The notes below the pieces were generated by a model, which saw only the letters and a program-made list of their open reading frames with translations, had not been told where the DNA came from and did no database searches. DNA of 64,000 bases, taken from assembly GCF_009914755.1 (NCBI RefSeq), contig NC_060933.1; one strand, written 5' to 3'. The DNA is from the human T2T-CHM13v2.0 reference genome, Homo sapiens. The first letter of the stretch is position 1. Every line of letters starts with the position of its first letter. The position numbers and the translations under genes are program-made. Of this stretch, positions 26,070 to 41,910 are shown piece after piece.

Positions 26070-29000
26070 CGGAACGGAATGGAATGGAATGGAATGGAAT
26101 GGAATGGAACGGAACGGAATGGAATGGAATGGAATGGAATGGAATCAACGCGAGTGAAGGGGAATGGAATGGAATGGAATGTAATGGAATGGAATATTCC
26201 GGAATGGAATGGAATGGAATGGAATGAAAGGCAATGGATTCAACTCGATTGCAATGGAATGGAATAGACTGGAATGGAATGGAGAGGAATGGAATGGAAT
26301 TGAATAGAATGGAATGCCTTCAAACCGAATGGAATGGAAAGGAATGGAATCAACACGAGTGGAAAGGAATGGAATGGAAAGGAATGGAATGGAATGGAAT
26401 GGTACGAAATAGAACGGAATGGAACGAACTGGAATGGAATGGAATGGAATGGAATGGAATGGAATGGAATCGTTCCGAGTGGAATAGGAGGGAATGTATT
26501 CGAGTGGAATGGAAAGGAATGGAATCAACAAGAGTGGAATGGAAGGGAATGGAATGGAATGGAAACTAATAGAATGGAATCAACCCGAGTGGAATGGAAT
26601 GGAAAGGACTGGAATGGAATGGAATGGAATGGAATGGAATGGAATGGAATCAACTCGATTGTAATTGAATGGAATGGAATGGAATGGAATGGAATTGAAT
26701 GGAATGGAATGCAATTAACCCGAATACAATGGAATGGAATGGAATGGAACGGAATGCAGTGGAATGGAGTGGAATCAACCCGAGGGCAGGGGAATGGAAT
26801 GGAATGGAATGCAATGGAATGGAATCATCCGGAATGGAATGGAATGGAATGGAATGGAATGCAAAGCAATGGAATCAACTCGATTGCAATGGAATGGAAT
26901 GGAATGGAAAGGAATACATTGGAATCAACCCGAGTGGAATGGAATGGAAAGGACTGGAATGGAGTGGAATGGAATGGAATGGAATGGAATGGAATCAACT
27001 CGATTGGAATAGAATGGAATGGAATGGAATTAACCCGAATAGAATGGAATGGAATGGAATGGAACGGAACGGAACGGAACGGAATGGAATGGAATGGAAT
27101 GCAATGGAATGGAATGGAATCAACCCGACTGCAGGGGAATGGAATGGAATGGAATGCAATGGAATGTAATCATCCGTAATGGAATGGAATGGAATGGAAC
27201 GGAATGGAATGGAATGGAATGGAATGGAATGGAATGGAATGGAACGGAAAGGAATGGAACGGAATGGAATGGAATGGAATGGAATGGAATGGAATGGAAT
27301 GGAATCAACGCGAGTGCAGGGGAATGGAATGGAATGGAATGCAATGGAATGGAATCTTCCGGAATGGAATGGAATGGAATGGAATGGAATGGAATGGAAT
27401 GGAATAGAATGGAACAAACCCGAGTGCAATGGAATGGAGTGGAATGGAATGGAATGGAATGGAACAACCCGAACGGAATGGAATGTAATGGAGAGTAAGG
27501 GAGTTGAATAGAATCAATCCGAATGTAATGGAATGGAATGGAACGGAATGGAATTGAATGGAATGGAATGGAATGCAATGGAATGGAATCAACCCGAGTG
27601 CAATGGAATGGAGAGGAATGGAATGGAATGGAATGGAAACTACCCGAATGGAATGGAATGTAATGGAGTGTAAGGGAATTGAATAGAATCAATCCGAATG
27701 AAATGGAATGGAATGGAACGGAATGGAATGGAATGGAATGGAATGGAATGGAATGGAATGGAATCAACCCGAGTGCAATCGAATGGAATCGAATGGAATG
27801 GAATGCAATGGAATGGATTCAACTTGAATGGAATGGAAAGAATGGAATCAACACGAGTGGAAGGGCATGGATTGGAATGCAATGGAATGGAATCAACCCG
27901 AGTACAGGGGAATGGAATGGAATGGAATGCAATGGAATGGAATCATCCGTAATGGAATGGAAAGGAATGGAATGGAATGGAATGGAATGGAATGGAATGG
28001 AATGGAATCAACTCGATTGCAATCGAATGGAATGGAATGGAATTAACCCGAATAGAATGGAATGGAATGGAATGGAACGGAACGGAATGGAATGGAAAGG
28101 AATGGAATGGAATGGAATGGAATGGAATCAACGCGAGTGCAGGGGAATGGAATGGAATGGAATGCAATGGAATGGAATCTTCCGGAATGGAACGGAATGG
28201 TATGGAATGGAATGGAATGAAATGCAATGGATTCAACTCGATTGCAATGGAATGTAATAGAATGGGATGGAATGGAATGGAATGGAATTAACCCGAATGG
28301 AATGGAATGGAATGGAATGGAACGGAATGGAACGGAATGGAATGGAATGGAATGGAATTGAATGGAATGGAATGGAATGGTATGGAATGGAATGGAATGG
28401 TACGGAATAGAATGGAATGGAACGAATTGTAATGGAATGGAATTGAATGGAATGGAATAGAATGGAATGGAATCAACGCGAGTGCAGGGGAATGTAATGG
28501 AACGGAATGCAATGGAATGGAATCATCCGGAATGGAATGGAATGGAATGGAATAAACCCGAGTGCAATGGAATGGAGTGGAATGGAATGGAATGGAATGG
28601 AACAACCCGAATGGAATGGAATGGAATGGAGAGAAAGGGAGTTGAATAGAATCAATCCGAATGTAATGGAATGGAATGCAACGGAATGGAATTGAATGGA
28701 ATGCAATGGAATGGAATGGAATGGAATGCAGAGGAATGGAATCAACCCGACTGGAATGGCATGGAATGGAATACAATGGATTGGAATGGAATGGAATCAA
28801 CTCGAGTGGAAAGGAATGGAATGGAATGGAAAGGAATGGAATGAAGTCAACTCGAGTGGAATGGAATGGAATGGAATGGATTGGAATGGATTGAAATGGA
28901 ATGAAATGGAATGGAATGGAATGGAATCAATCATTCCGAGTGGAATGGAAGGGAATGTAATGGAGTGGAAAGAAGGGAATGGAATCAACCCGAGTGGAAT

Positions 29001-31640
29001 GCAAGGCAATGGAATGGAATGGAAAGGAATGGAATGGAAACAACTCGATTGCAATGGAATGGAATGGAATGGAATGGAATTAACCGGAATAGAATGGAAT
29101 GGAATGGAAAGGAACGGAATGGAATGGAATGGAATGGAATGGAATCAACACGAGTGCAGGGGAATGGAATGGAATGGAATGTAATGGAATGGAATCATCC
29201 GGAATGGAATGGAATGGAATGGAATCAACTCCATTGCAATGGAACGGAATGGAATGGAATGGAATGGAATGGAATGGAACGGAACGGAATGGAATGGAAT
29301 GGAATGGAATGGAATCAACGCGAGTGAAGGGGAATGGAATGGAATGGAATGCAATGGAATGGAATATTCCGGAATGGAATGGAATGGAATGGAATGAAAG
29401 GCAATGGATTCAACTCGATTGCAATGGAATGGAATAGACTGGAATGGAATGGAGAGGAATGGAATGGAATTGAATAGAATGGAATGCCTTCAAACCCAAT
29501 GGAATGGAAAGGAATGGAATCAACAGGAGTGGAAAGGAATGGAATGGAAAGGAATGGAATGGAATGGAATGGTACGAAATAGAACGGAATGGAACGAACT
29601 GGAATGGAATGGAATGGAATGGAATGGAATGGAATGGAATCGTTCCGAGTGGAATAGGAGGGAATGTATTCGAGTGGAATGGAAAGGAATGGAATCAACA
29701 AGAGTGGAATGGAAGGGAATGGAATGGAATGGAAACTAATAGAATGGAATCAACCCGAGTGGAATGGAATGGAAAGGACTGGAATGGAATGGAATGGAAT
29801 GGAATGGAATGGAATGGAATCAACTCGATTGTAATTGAATGGAATGGAATGGAATGGAATGGAATTGAATGGAATGGAATGCAATTAACCCGAATACAAT
29901 GGAATGGAATGGAATGGAACGGAATGCAGTGGAATGGAGTGGAATCAACCCGAGGGCAGGGGAATGGAATGGAATGGAATGCAATGGAATGGAATCATCC
30001 GGAATGGAATGGAATGGAATGGAATGCAAAGCAATGGAATCAACTCGATTGCAATGGAATGGAATGGAATGGAAAGGAATACATTGGAATCAACCCGAGT
30101 GGAATGGAATGGAAAGGACTGGAATGGAGTGGAATGGAATGGAATGGAATGGAATGGAATGAACTCGATTGGAATGGAATGGAATGGAATGGAATTAACC
30201 CGAATAGAATGGAATGGAATGGAATGGAACGGAACGGAACGGAACGGAATGGAATGGAATGGAATGCAATGGAATGGAATGGAATCAACCCGACTGCAGG
30301 GGAATGGAATGGAATGGAATGCAATGGAATGTAATCATCCGTAATGGAATGGAATGGAATGGAACGGAATGGAATGGAATGGAATGGAATGGAATGGAAC
30401 GGAAAGGAATGGAACGGAATGGAATGGAATGGAATGGAATGGAATGGAATGGAATGGAATGGAATCAACGCGAGTGCAGGGGAATGGAATGGAATGGAAT
30501 GCAATGGAATGGAATCTTCCGGAATGGAATGGAATGGAATGGAGTGGAATGGAATGGAATGGAATGGAACAACCCGAACGGAATGGAATGTAATGGAGAG
30601 TAAGGGAGTTGAATAGAATCAATCCGAATGTAATGGAATGGAATGGAACGGAATGGAATTGAATGGAATGGAATGGAATGCAATGGAATGGAATCAACCC
30701 GAGTGCAATGGAATGGAGAGGAATGGAATGGAATGGAATGGAAACTACCCGAATGGAATGGAATGTAATGGAGTGTAAGGGAATTGAATAGAATCAATCC
30801 GAATGAAATGGAATGGAATGGAACGGAATGGAATGGAATGGAATGGAATGGAATGCAATGGAATGGAATCAACCCGAGTGCAATCGAATGGAATCGAATG
30901 GAATGGAATGCAATGGAATGGATTCAACTTGAATGGAATGGAAAGAATGGAATCAACACGAGTGGAAGGGCATGGATTGGAATGCAATGGAATGGAATCA
31001 ACCCGAGTACAGGGGAAAGGAATGGAATGGAATGCAATGGAATGGAATCATCCGTAATGGAATGGAAAGGAATGGAATGGAATGGAATGGAATGGAATGG
31101 AATGGAATGGAATCAACTCGATTGCAATCGAATGGAATGGAATGGAATTAACCTGAATAGAATGGAATGGAATGGAATGGAACGGAACGGAATGGAATGG
31201 AAAGGAATGGAATGGAATGGAATGGAATGGAATCAACGCGAGTGCAGGGGAATGGAATGGAATGGAATGCAATGGAATGGAATCTTCCGGAATGGAACGG
31301 AATGGTATGGAATGGAATGGAATGAAATGCAATGGATTCAACTCGATTGCAATGGAATGTAATAGAATGGGATGGAATGGAATGGAATGGAATTAACCCG
31401 AATGGAATGGAATGGAATGGAATGGAACGGAATGGAACGGAATGGAATGGAATGGAATGGAATTGAATGGAATGGAATGGAATGGAATGGAATGGTATGG
31501 AATGGAATGGAATGGTACGGAATAGAATGGAATGGAACGAATTGTAATGGAATGGAATTGAATGGAATGGAATAGAATGGAATGGAATCAACACGGGTGC
31601 AGGGGAATGTAATGGAACGGAATGCAATGGAATGGAATGG
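26070..31640 (+). repeat. Recent duplication ~26070-28520 vs ~29240-31640 (offset 3170, then 3105 bp)
   Basis: Shared rare variants CGAGTGAAGGGG, GAATATTCC, GAATAGACT, GGTACGAAAT, CAACAAGAGT, CGAGGGCAGG, AACCCGAACGG and GTAATAGAATGGGATGG. ORF pairs 26145/29315, 26334/29504 and 27679/30784 match. Copy 2 lacks ~60 bp around GGAACAAACCCGAG. Confidence 0.93.
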
Positions 31641-31729
31641 AATCAACGCGAGTGCCGGGAAATGGAATGGAATGGAATGTAATGGAATGGAATCTTCCGG
31701 AATGGAATGGAATGGAATGGAATGGAATG

Positions 31730-34700
31730 AAAGGCAATGAATTAAACTCGATTGCAATGGAATGGAATAGAATGGAATGGAATGGAATGGAATGGAATGG
31801 AATGGAATGGAATGGAATGGAATGCCTTCAAACCGAATGAAATGGAAAGGAATGGAATCAACACGAGTGGAAAGGAATGGAATGGAAAGGAATGGAATGG
31901 AATGGAATGGAATGGAATGGAATCGTTCCGAGTGGAATAGGAGGGAATGTATTCGAGTGGAATGGAAAGGAATGGAATCAACCAGAGTGGAATGGAAGGG
32001 AATGGAATGGAATGGAAACTAATAGAATGGAATCAACCCGAGTGGAATGGAATGGAAAGGACTGGAATGGAATGAAATGGAATGGAATGGAATGGAATCA
32101 ACTCGATTGTAATGGAATGGAACGGAATGGAATGGAATGGAATGGAATGGAATGGAATTAACCCGAATACAATGGAATGGAATGGAATGGAACGGAATGG
32201 AGTGGAATGGAATGGAATCAACCCGAGTGCAGGGGAATGGAATGGAATGGAATGGAATGCAATGGAATGGAATCATCCGGAATGGAATGGAATGGAATGG
32301 AATGAAAAGCAATGGAATCAACTCGATTGCAATGGAATGGAATGGAATGGAAAGGAATAGAATGGAATCAACCCGAGTGGAATGGAATGGAAAGGACTGG
32401 AATGGAGTGGAATGGAATGGAATGGAATGGAATGGAATCAACTCGATTGGAATGGAATGGAATGGAATGGAATGGAATGGAATGGAATGGAATTAACCCG
32501 AATAGAATGGAATGGAATGGAATGGAACGGAATGGAATGGAAAGGAATGGAATGGAATGGAATGGAATGGAATCAACCAGACTGCAATGGAATGGAATGG
32601 AATGGAATGGAATCGAATGGAATGGAATGGAATTAACCGGAAAAGAATGGAATGGAATGGAACGGAATGGAATAGAATGGAATGGAATGGAATCGAGTGG
32701 AATGGAATCAACCCGAGTGCAGGGGAATGGAATGGAATGGAATGCAATGGAATGGAATCATCCGGAATGGCATGGAATGGAATGGAATGCAATCAACCTG
32801 ATGCAATGGAATGGAGTGGAATGGAATGGAATGGAATGGAAACATCCCGCATGGAATGGAATGAAATGGAGTGTAAGGGAATTGAGTAGAATCAATCCAA
32901 ACGTAACGGAATGGAATGGAATGAAATGGAATGGAATGGAATGGAATGGAATCAACCCGAGTGCAATGGAATGGATTCGAATGGAATGGAATGGAATGGA
33001 ATGGATTCAACAAGAATGGAATGGAAAGGAATGGAATCAACCCGAGTGTAATGGCATGGAATGGAACGGAATGGAATGGGATGGAATGGAATGGTACGGA
33101 ATAGAATGGAATGGAATGAAATGGAATGGAATGGAATGGAATGGAATGGAATGGAATGGAATGGAATGGAATGTACCCGTGTGCAATGGAATGGAATGGA
33201 ATGGAATGGATTCAACTCGAATGGAATCCACTCGATTGCAATGGAATGGAATGGAATTGAAAGGAATAGAATGGAATCATCCCGAGTGGAATGGAATGGA
33301 AAGGACTGGAATGGAGTGGAATGGAATGGAATGGAATTAACCCGAATAGAATGAAATGGAACGGAATGGAATGGAATGTAATGGAATGGAATGGAATGGA
33401 ATGAACCCGAGTGCAGGGGAATGGAATGGAATGGAATGCAATGGAATGGAATCATCCCGAATGGAATGGAATGGAATGGAATGGAATGGAATCAACGCGA
33501 GTGGAGGGGAATAGAATGGAATGGAATGCAATGGAATGGAATCTTCCGGAATGGAATGGAATGGAATGGAACGGAATGAAATGCAATGGATTCAACTCGA
33601 TTGCAATGGAATGGAATAGAATGGAATGGAATGGAATGGAATGGAATTAACCCGAACAGAATGCAATGGAACGGAATGGAAAGGAATGGAATGGAATGGA
33701 ATGGAATGGAATGGTATGGAATGGAATGGAATAGTACGGAATAGAATGGAATGGAACGAATTGTAATGGAATGGAATTGAATGGAATGGAATGGAATCAA
33801 CGCGAGTGCAGGGGAATGTAATGGAACGGAATGCAATGGAATGGAATCATCCGGAATGGAATGGAATGGAATGGAATGGAATGGAATGGAATGGAATCAA
33901 CCCGAATGCAATGGAATGGAGTGGAATGGAATGGAATGGAATGGAACAACCCGAATGGAATGGAATGTAATGGAGAGTAAGGGAGTTGAATAGAATCAAT
34001 CCGAATGTAATGGAATGGAATGCAACGGAATGGAATGGAATGGAATGGAATGGAATGCAATGGAATGGAATCAACCCGAGTACAATGGAATGCAATGGAA
34101 TGGAATGGAATGGAATGGAATCATCCGGAATGGAATGGAATGGAATGGAATGGAATGGAATGGAATGGAATCAACTCGATTTCAATGGAATGGAATGGAA
34201 TAGAATGGAATGGAATTAACACGAAAGAATGGAATAAAATGGAATGGAATGGAATGGAAAAGAAAGGAATGTAATGGAAAGGAATGGAATCAACCCAAGT
34301 GCAGGGGAATGGAATGCAATGGAATTCAATGGAATGGAATCATCCGGAATGGAATGGAATGGAATGGAATGGAATGGAATGGAATGGAATCAACCCGAGT
34401 GCAATGGAATGGAGAGGAATGGAATGGAATGGAATGGAAACTACACGAATGGAATGGAATGTAATGGAGTGTAAGGGAATTGAATAGAATGAATCCGAAT
34501 GGAATGGAATGGAAAGTAATGGAAAGGAATGGAATGGAATGGAATGGAATGGAATGGAATGCAAAGCCATGGAATCAACCCAAGTGCAATCGAATGGAAT
34601 CGAATGGAATGGAATTCAATGGAATGGATTCAACTTGAATGGAATGGAAAGAGTGGAATCAACACGAGTGGAATGGCATGGATTGGAATGGAATGGAATG

Positions 34701-37700
34701 GAATCAACTCGATTGCAATCGAATGGAATGGAATGGAATTAACCCGAATAGAATGGAATGGAATGGAATGGAATGGAACGGATCGGAATGGAATGGAATG
34801 GAATGGAATGGAATGGAATGGAATGGAAAGGAATCAACGTGAGTGCAGGGGAATGGAATGGAATGGAATGCAATGGAATGGAATCTTCCGGAATGGAATG
34901 GAATGGAATGGAATAGAATGGAATGGAATGGAATGGAATTGAATCAACCCGAGTACAGGGGAATGGAATGGAATGGAATGCAGTGGAATGGAATCATCCG
35001 TAATGGAATGGAAAGGAATGGAATGGAATGGAATGGAATGGAATGGAATGGAATGGAATGGAATCAACTCGTTTGCAATCGAATGGAATGGAATGGAATT
35101 AACCCGAATAGAATGGAATGGAATGGAACGGAATGGAACGGAACGGAACGGAATGGAATGGAATGGAACGGAACGGAACGGAACGGAAAGGAATGGAATG
35201 GAATGCAATCAACGCGAGTGCAGGGGAATGGAATGGAATGGAATGCAATGGAATGGAATCTTCCGGAATGGAATGGAATGGAATGGAATGGAATGGAATG
35301 GAACGAAATTCAATGGATTCAACTCGATTGCAATGGAATGGAATAGAATGGAATGGAATGGAATGGAATGGAATTAACCAGAATAGAATGGAATGGAATG
35401 CAATGGAACAGAATGGAACGGAATGGAATGGAATGGAATGGAATGGAATGGAATGGTATGGAATGGAATGGAATGGTACGGAATAGAATGGAATGGAACG
35501 AATTGTAATGGAATGGAATTGAATGGAATGGAATTGAATCAACGCGAGTGCAGGGGAATGTAATGGAACGGAATGCAATGGAATGGAATGGAATGGAATG
35601 GAATGGAATGGAATGGAATCAACCCGAGTGCAATGGAATGGAGTGGAATGGAATGGAATGGAATGGAACAACAGGAATGGAATGGAATGTAATGGAGAGT
35701 AAGGGAGTTGAATAGAATCAATCCGAATGTAATGGAATGGAATGCAACGGAATGGAGTGGAATGGAATGGAATCAACCGGAGTGCAGGGGAATGGAATGG
35801 AATGGAATGCAATGGAATGGAATCATCCGGAATGGAATGGAATGGAATGGAATGGAATGGAATGGAATCAACACGAGTTCAATGGAATGGAGTGGAATGG
35901 AAAGGAATACATTGGAATCAACCCGAGTGGAATGGAATGGAAAGGACGGGAATGGAGTGGAATGGAATGGAATGGAATGGAATGGAATCAACTCGATTGG
36001 AATAGAATGGAATGGAATGGAATGGAATGGAATGGAATTAACCCGAATAGAATGGAATGGAATGGAATGGAACGGAATGGAATGGAATGGAATGGAATGG
36101 AATGGAATGGTATGGAATCAACCCGACTGCAGGGGAATGGAATGGAATGGAATGCAATGGAATGGATTCAACTTGAATGGAAAGGAAAGAATGGAATCAA
36201 CACGAGTGGAATGGCATGGATTGGAATGGAATGGAATGGAATCAACCGGAGTACAGGGGAATGGAATGGAATGGAATGCAATGGAATGGAATCATCCGTA
36301 ATGGAATGGAAAGGAATGGAATGGAATGGAATGGAATGGAATGGAATCAACTCGATTGCAATCGAATGGAATTGAATGGAATTAACCCGAATAGAATGGA
36401 ATGGAATGGAACGGAACGGAACGGAATGGAACGGAACGGAATGCAATGGAATGGAATGGAATGGAATGGAATGGAACGGAAAGGAATGGAATGGAATGGA
36501 ATGGAATGGAATGGAATGGAATGGAAAGGAATCAACGCGAGTGCAGGGGAATGGAATGGAATGGAATGCAATGGAATGGAATCTTCCGGAATGGAATGGA
36601 ATGGAATGGAATGGAATAAACCCGAGTGCAATGGAATGGAGTGGAATGGAATGGAATGGAATGGAACAACCCGAATGGAATGGAATGTAATGGAGAGTAA
36701 GGGAGTTGAATAGAGTCAATCCGAATGTAATGGAATGGAAAGGAAAGGAATGGAATTGAATGGAATGGAATGGAATGCAATGGAATGGAATCAACCCGAG
36801 TGCAATGGAATGGAGAGGAATGGAATGGAATGGAATGGAAACTACCCGAATGGAATGGAATGTAATGGAGTGTAAGGGAATTGAATAGAATCAATCCGAA
36901 TGTAATGGAATGGAATGGAACGGAATGGAATGGAATGGAATGGAATGGAATGGAATGCAATGGAATGGAATCAACCCGAGTGCAATCGAATGGAATCGAA
37001 TGGAATGGAATGCAATGGAATGGATTCAACTTGAATGGAATGGAAAGAATGGAATCAACACGAGTGGAAGGGCATGGATTGGAATGCAATGGAATGGAAT
37101 CAACTCGAGTACAGGGGAATGGAATGGAATGGAATGCTATGGAATGGAATCATCCGTAATGGAATGGAAAGGAATGAAATGGAATGGAATGGAATGGAAT
37201 GGATTGGAATGGAATGGAATCAACACGATTGCAATCGAATGGAATGGAATGGAATTAACCCGAATAGAATGGAATGGAATGGAATGGAACGGAACGGAAT
37301 GGAATGGAATGGAATGGAATGGAATGGAATGGAATGGAATGGAATCAACGCGAGTGCAGGGGAATGGCATGGAATGGAATGCAATGGAATGGAATCTTCC
37401 GGAATGGAATGGAATGGAATGGAATGGAATGGAATGGAATGGAATGAAATGCGATGGATTCAACACGATTGCAATGGAATGGAATAGAATGGAATGGAAT
37501 GGAATGGAATGGGATTAACCCGAATAGAATGCAATGGAATGGAATGGAACGGAATGCAACGGAATGGAATGGAATGGAATGGAATGGAATGGTATGGAAT
37601 GGAATGGAATGGTACGGAATAGAATGGAATGGAACGAATTGTAATGGAATGGAATTGAATGGAATGGAATGGAATGGAATGGAATGGAATCAACGCGAGT

Positions 37701-40700
37701 GCAGGGGAATGTAATGGAATGGAATTGAATGGAATGGAATGCAATGGAATGGAATCAACGCGAGTGCAGGGGAATGTAAAGGAACGGAATGCAATGGAAT
37801 GGAATCATCCGGAATGGAATGGAATGGAATAGAATGGAATGGAATGGAATCAACCCGAGTGCAATGGAATGGAGTGGAATGGAATGGAATGGAATGGAAC
37901 AACCCGAATGGAATGGAATGTAATGGAGAGTAAGGGAGTTGAATAGAATCAATCCGAATGTAATGGAATGGAATGCAACGGAATGGAATGGAATGGAATG
38001 GAATGGAATGGAATGGAATGCAAAGGAATGGAATCAACCCGAGTGGAATGGCATGGAATGGAATGCAATGGATTGGAAAGGAATGGAATCAACACGAGTG
38101 GAAAGGAATGGAATGGAATGGAAAGGAATGGAATGAAGTCAACTCGAGTGGAATGGAATGGAATGGAATGGATTGGAATGGATTGCAATGGAATGAAATG
38201 GAATGGAATGGAATGGAATCAATCATGGAAGGGAATGTAATGGAGTGGAAAGAAGGGAATGGAATCAACCCGAGTGGAATGCAAGGCAATGGAATGGAAT
38301 GGAAAGGAATGGAATGGAATCAACTCGATTGCAATGGAATGGAATGGATTGGAATGGAATTAACCGGAATAGAATGGAATGGAATGGAATGGAACGGAAT
38401 GGAATGGAATGGAAGGGAATGGAATCAACACGAGTGCAGGGGAATGGAATGGAATGGAATGCAATGGAATGGAATCATCTGGAATGGAATGGAATGGAAT
38501 GGAATCAACTCCATTGCAATGGAATGGAATGGAATGGAATGGAATAGAATGGAATGGAATTAACCCGAATAGAATGGAATGCAATAGAATGCAATGCAAC
38601 GGAAACGAATGGAGTGGAATGGAATGGAATGGAATCAACCCGAGTACAGGGGAATGGAATGGAATGGAATGCAATGGAATGGAGTCATCCGTACTGGAAT
38701 GGAAAGGAATGGAAAGGAATGGAATGGAATGGAATGGAATCAACTCGATGGCAATCGAATGGAATGGAATGGAATTAACCCGAATAGAATGGAATGGAAT
38801 GGAACAGAACGGAATGGAATGGAAAGCAATGGAATGGAACGGAACGGAATGGAATGGAATGGAATGGAATGGAATCAACGCGAGTGCAGGGGAATGGAAT
38901 GGAATGCAATGCAATGGAATGGAATCTTCCGGAATGGAATGGAATGGAATGAAAGGCAATGGATTCAACTCGATTGCAATGGAATGGAATAGAATGGAAT
39001 GGAATGGAATGGAATTTAATGGAATTGAATGGAATGGAATGCCTTCAAACCGGATGGAATGGAAAGAATGGAATCAACACGAGTGGAAAGGAATGGAATG
39101 GAAAGGTATGGAATGGAATGGAATGGTACGGAATAGAACGGAATGGAACGAACTGGAATGGAATGGAATGGAATGGAATGGAATGGAATGGAATGGAATG
39201 GAATCGTTCCGAGTGGAATAGGAGGGAATGTATTCGAGTGGAATGGAAAGGAATGGAGTCAACCAGAGTGGAATGGAAGGGAATGGAATGGAATGGAAAC
39301 TAATAGAATGGAATCAACCCGAGTGGAATGGAATGGAAAGGACTGGAATGGAATGGAATGGAATGGAATGGCATGGAATCAACTCGATTGTAATGGAATG
39401 GAATGGAATGGAATGGAATGGAATGGAATGGAATGGAATGGAATTAACCCGAATACAATGGAATGGAACGGGATGGAACGGAATGGAGTTGAATGGAATG
39501 GAATCAACCCGAGTGCAGGGGAATGGAATGGAAAGGAATGCAATGGAATGGAATCATCCGGAATGGAATGGAATGGAATGGAATGCAAAGCAATGGAATC
39601 AACTCGATTGCAATGGAATGGAATGGAATGGAAGGGAATAGAATGGAATCAACCCGAGCGTAATGCAATGGAAAGGACTGGAATGGAGTGGAATGGAATG
39701 GAATGGAATGGAATGGAAAGGAATCAACTCGATTGGAATGGAATGGAATGGAATGGAATGGAATGGAATTAAACAGAATAGAATGGAATGGAATGGAATG
39801 GAACGGAATGGAATGGAATGCAATGGAATGGAATCAACAAGACTGCAGGGGAATGGAATGAAATGGAATGGAATGGAATGGAATCATCTGGAACGGAATG
39901 GAATGGAATGGAATGGAATCAACTCGATTGCAATGGAATGGAATGGAATGGAATGGAATAAAATGGAATGGAATGGAATTAACCGGAATAGAATGGAATG
40001 GAATGGAATGGAACGGAATGGAATGGAATGGAATGGAATCAACCCGAGTGCAGGGGAATGGAATGGAATGGAATGCAATGGAATGGAATCATCCGGAATG
40101 GAATGGAATGGAATGGAATGCAATCAACCTGATGCAATGGAATGGAGTGGAATGGAATGGAATGGAATGGAAACATCCCGAATGTAATGGAATGTAATGG
40201 AGTGTAAGGGAATTGAATAGAGTCAATCCGAATGTAATGGAATGGAATGGAATGAAATGGAATGGAATGGAATGCAATGGAATGGATTCAACAAGAATGG
40301 AATGGAAAGGAATGGAATCAACCCGAGTGTAATGGCATGGAATGGAACGGAATGGAATTGGATGGAATGGAATGGTAAGGAATAGAATGGAATGGAATGA
40401 TATAGAATGGAATGGAATGGAATGGAATGGAATGGAATGGAAAGGAATGAACCCGTGTGCAATGGAATGGAATGGAATGGAATGGAATGGATTCAACTCG
40501 AATGGAATCAACTCGATTGCAATGGAATGGAATGGAATTGAAAGGAATAGAATGGAATCAACCCGAGTGGAATGGAATGGAAAGCACTGGAATGGAGTGG
40601 AATGGAATGGAATGGAATTAACACGAATAGAATGAAATGGAACGGAATGGAATGCAATGGAATGGAATGGAATGGAATGGAATCAACCCGAGTGCAGGGG

Positions 40701-41910
40701 AATGGAATGGAATGGAATGCAATGGAATGGAATCATCCGGAATGGAATGGAATGGAATGGAATGGAATCAACTCGATTTCAATGGAATGGAATGGAATAG
40801 AATGGAATGGAATTAACACGAAAGAATGGAATGGAATGGAATGGAATGGAATGCAAAAGAAAGGAATGGAATGGAATGGAATGGAATCAACCCAAGTGCA
40901 GGGGAATGGAATGCAATGGAATTCAATGGAATGGAATCATCCGGAATGGAATGGAATGGAATGGAATGGAATGGAATGGAATGGAATGGAATCAACCCGA
41001 GTGCAATGGAATGGAGAGGAATGGAATGGAATGGAATGGAATCTACACGAATGGAATGGAATGTAATGGAGTGTAAGGGAATTGAATAGAATGAATCCGA
41101 ATGGAATGGAATGGAATGGAATGGAATGGAAAGGAATGGAATGGAATGGAATGGAATGGAATGCAATGCCATGGAATCAACCCGAGTGCAATCGAATGGA
41201 ATCGAATGGAATGGAATGCAATGGAATGGATTCAACTTGAATGGAATGGAAAGAATGGAATCATAACGAGTAGAACGGCATGGATTGGAATGGAATGGAA
41301 TGGAATCAACTCGATTGCAATCGAATGGAATGGAATGGAATTAACCCGAATAGAATGGAATGGAATGGAATGGAATGGAACGGAACGGAATGGAATGGAA
41401 TGGAATGGAATGGAACGGATCGGAATGGAATGGCATGGAATGGAATGGAATGGAATGGAATCAACGCGTGTGCAGGGGAATGGAATGGAATGGAATGCAA
41501 TGGAATGGAATCTTCCGGAATGGAATGGAATGGAATGGAATAGAATGGAATGGAATGGAATGGAATGGAATGGAATGGAATGGAATCAACCCGAGTACAG
41601 GGGAATGGAATGGAATGTAATGCAGTGGAATGGAATCATCTGTAATGGTATGGAAAGGAAAGGAATGGAATGGAATGGAATGGAATGGAATGGAATGGAA
41701 TGGAATCAACTCGATTGCAATCGAATGGAATGGAATGGAATTAACCCGAATAGAATGGAATGGAATGGAACGGAACGGAACGGAACTGAACGGAATGGAA
41801 TGGAATGGAACGGAACGGAATGGAACGGAATGGAATGGAATGGAATGGAATCAACGCGAGTGCAGGGGAATGGAATGGAATGGAATGCAATGGTATGGAA
41901 TCTTCCGGAA
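31730..41910 (+). repeat. Direct duplication ~31730-35270 vs ~38950-41910 (offset ~7.2-7.3 kb, then ~6.6 kb)
   Basis: Shared CAACCTGATGC (~32794/~40125), GGATTCAACAAG, CCCGTGTGC, CTCGATTTC, TTAACACGAAAG, CAACCCAAGT, CTACACGAAT, GCCATGGAATC and GAACGGATCGG. A ~630-bp block (~33480-34110) is present only in copy 1. Confidence 0.85.
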
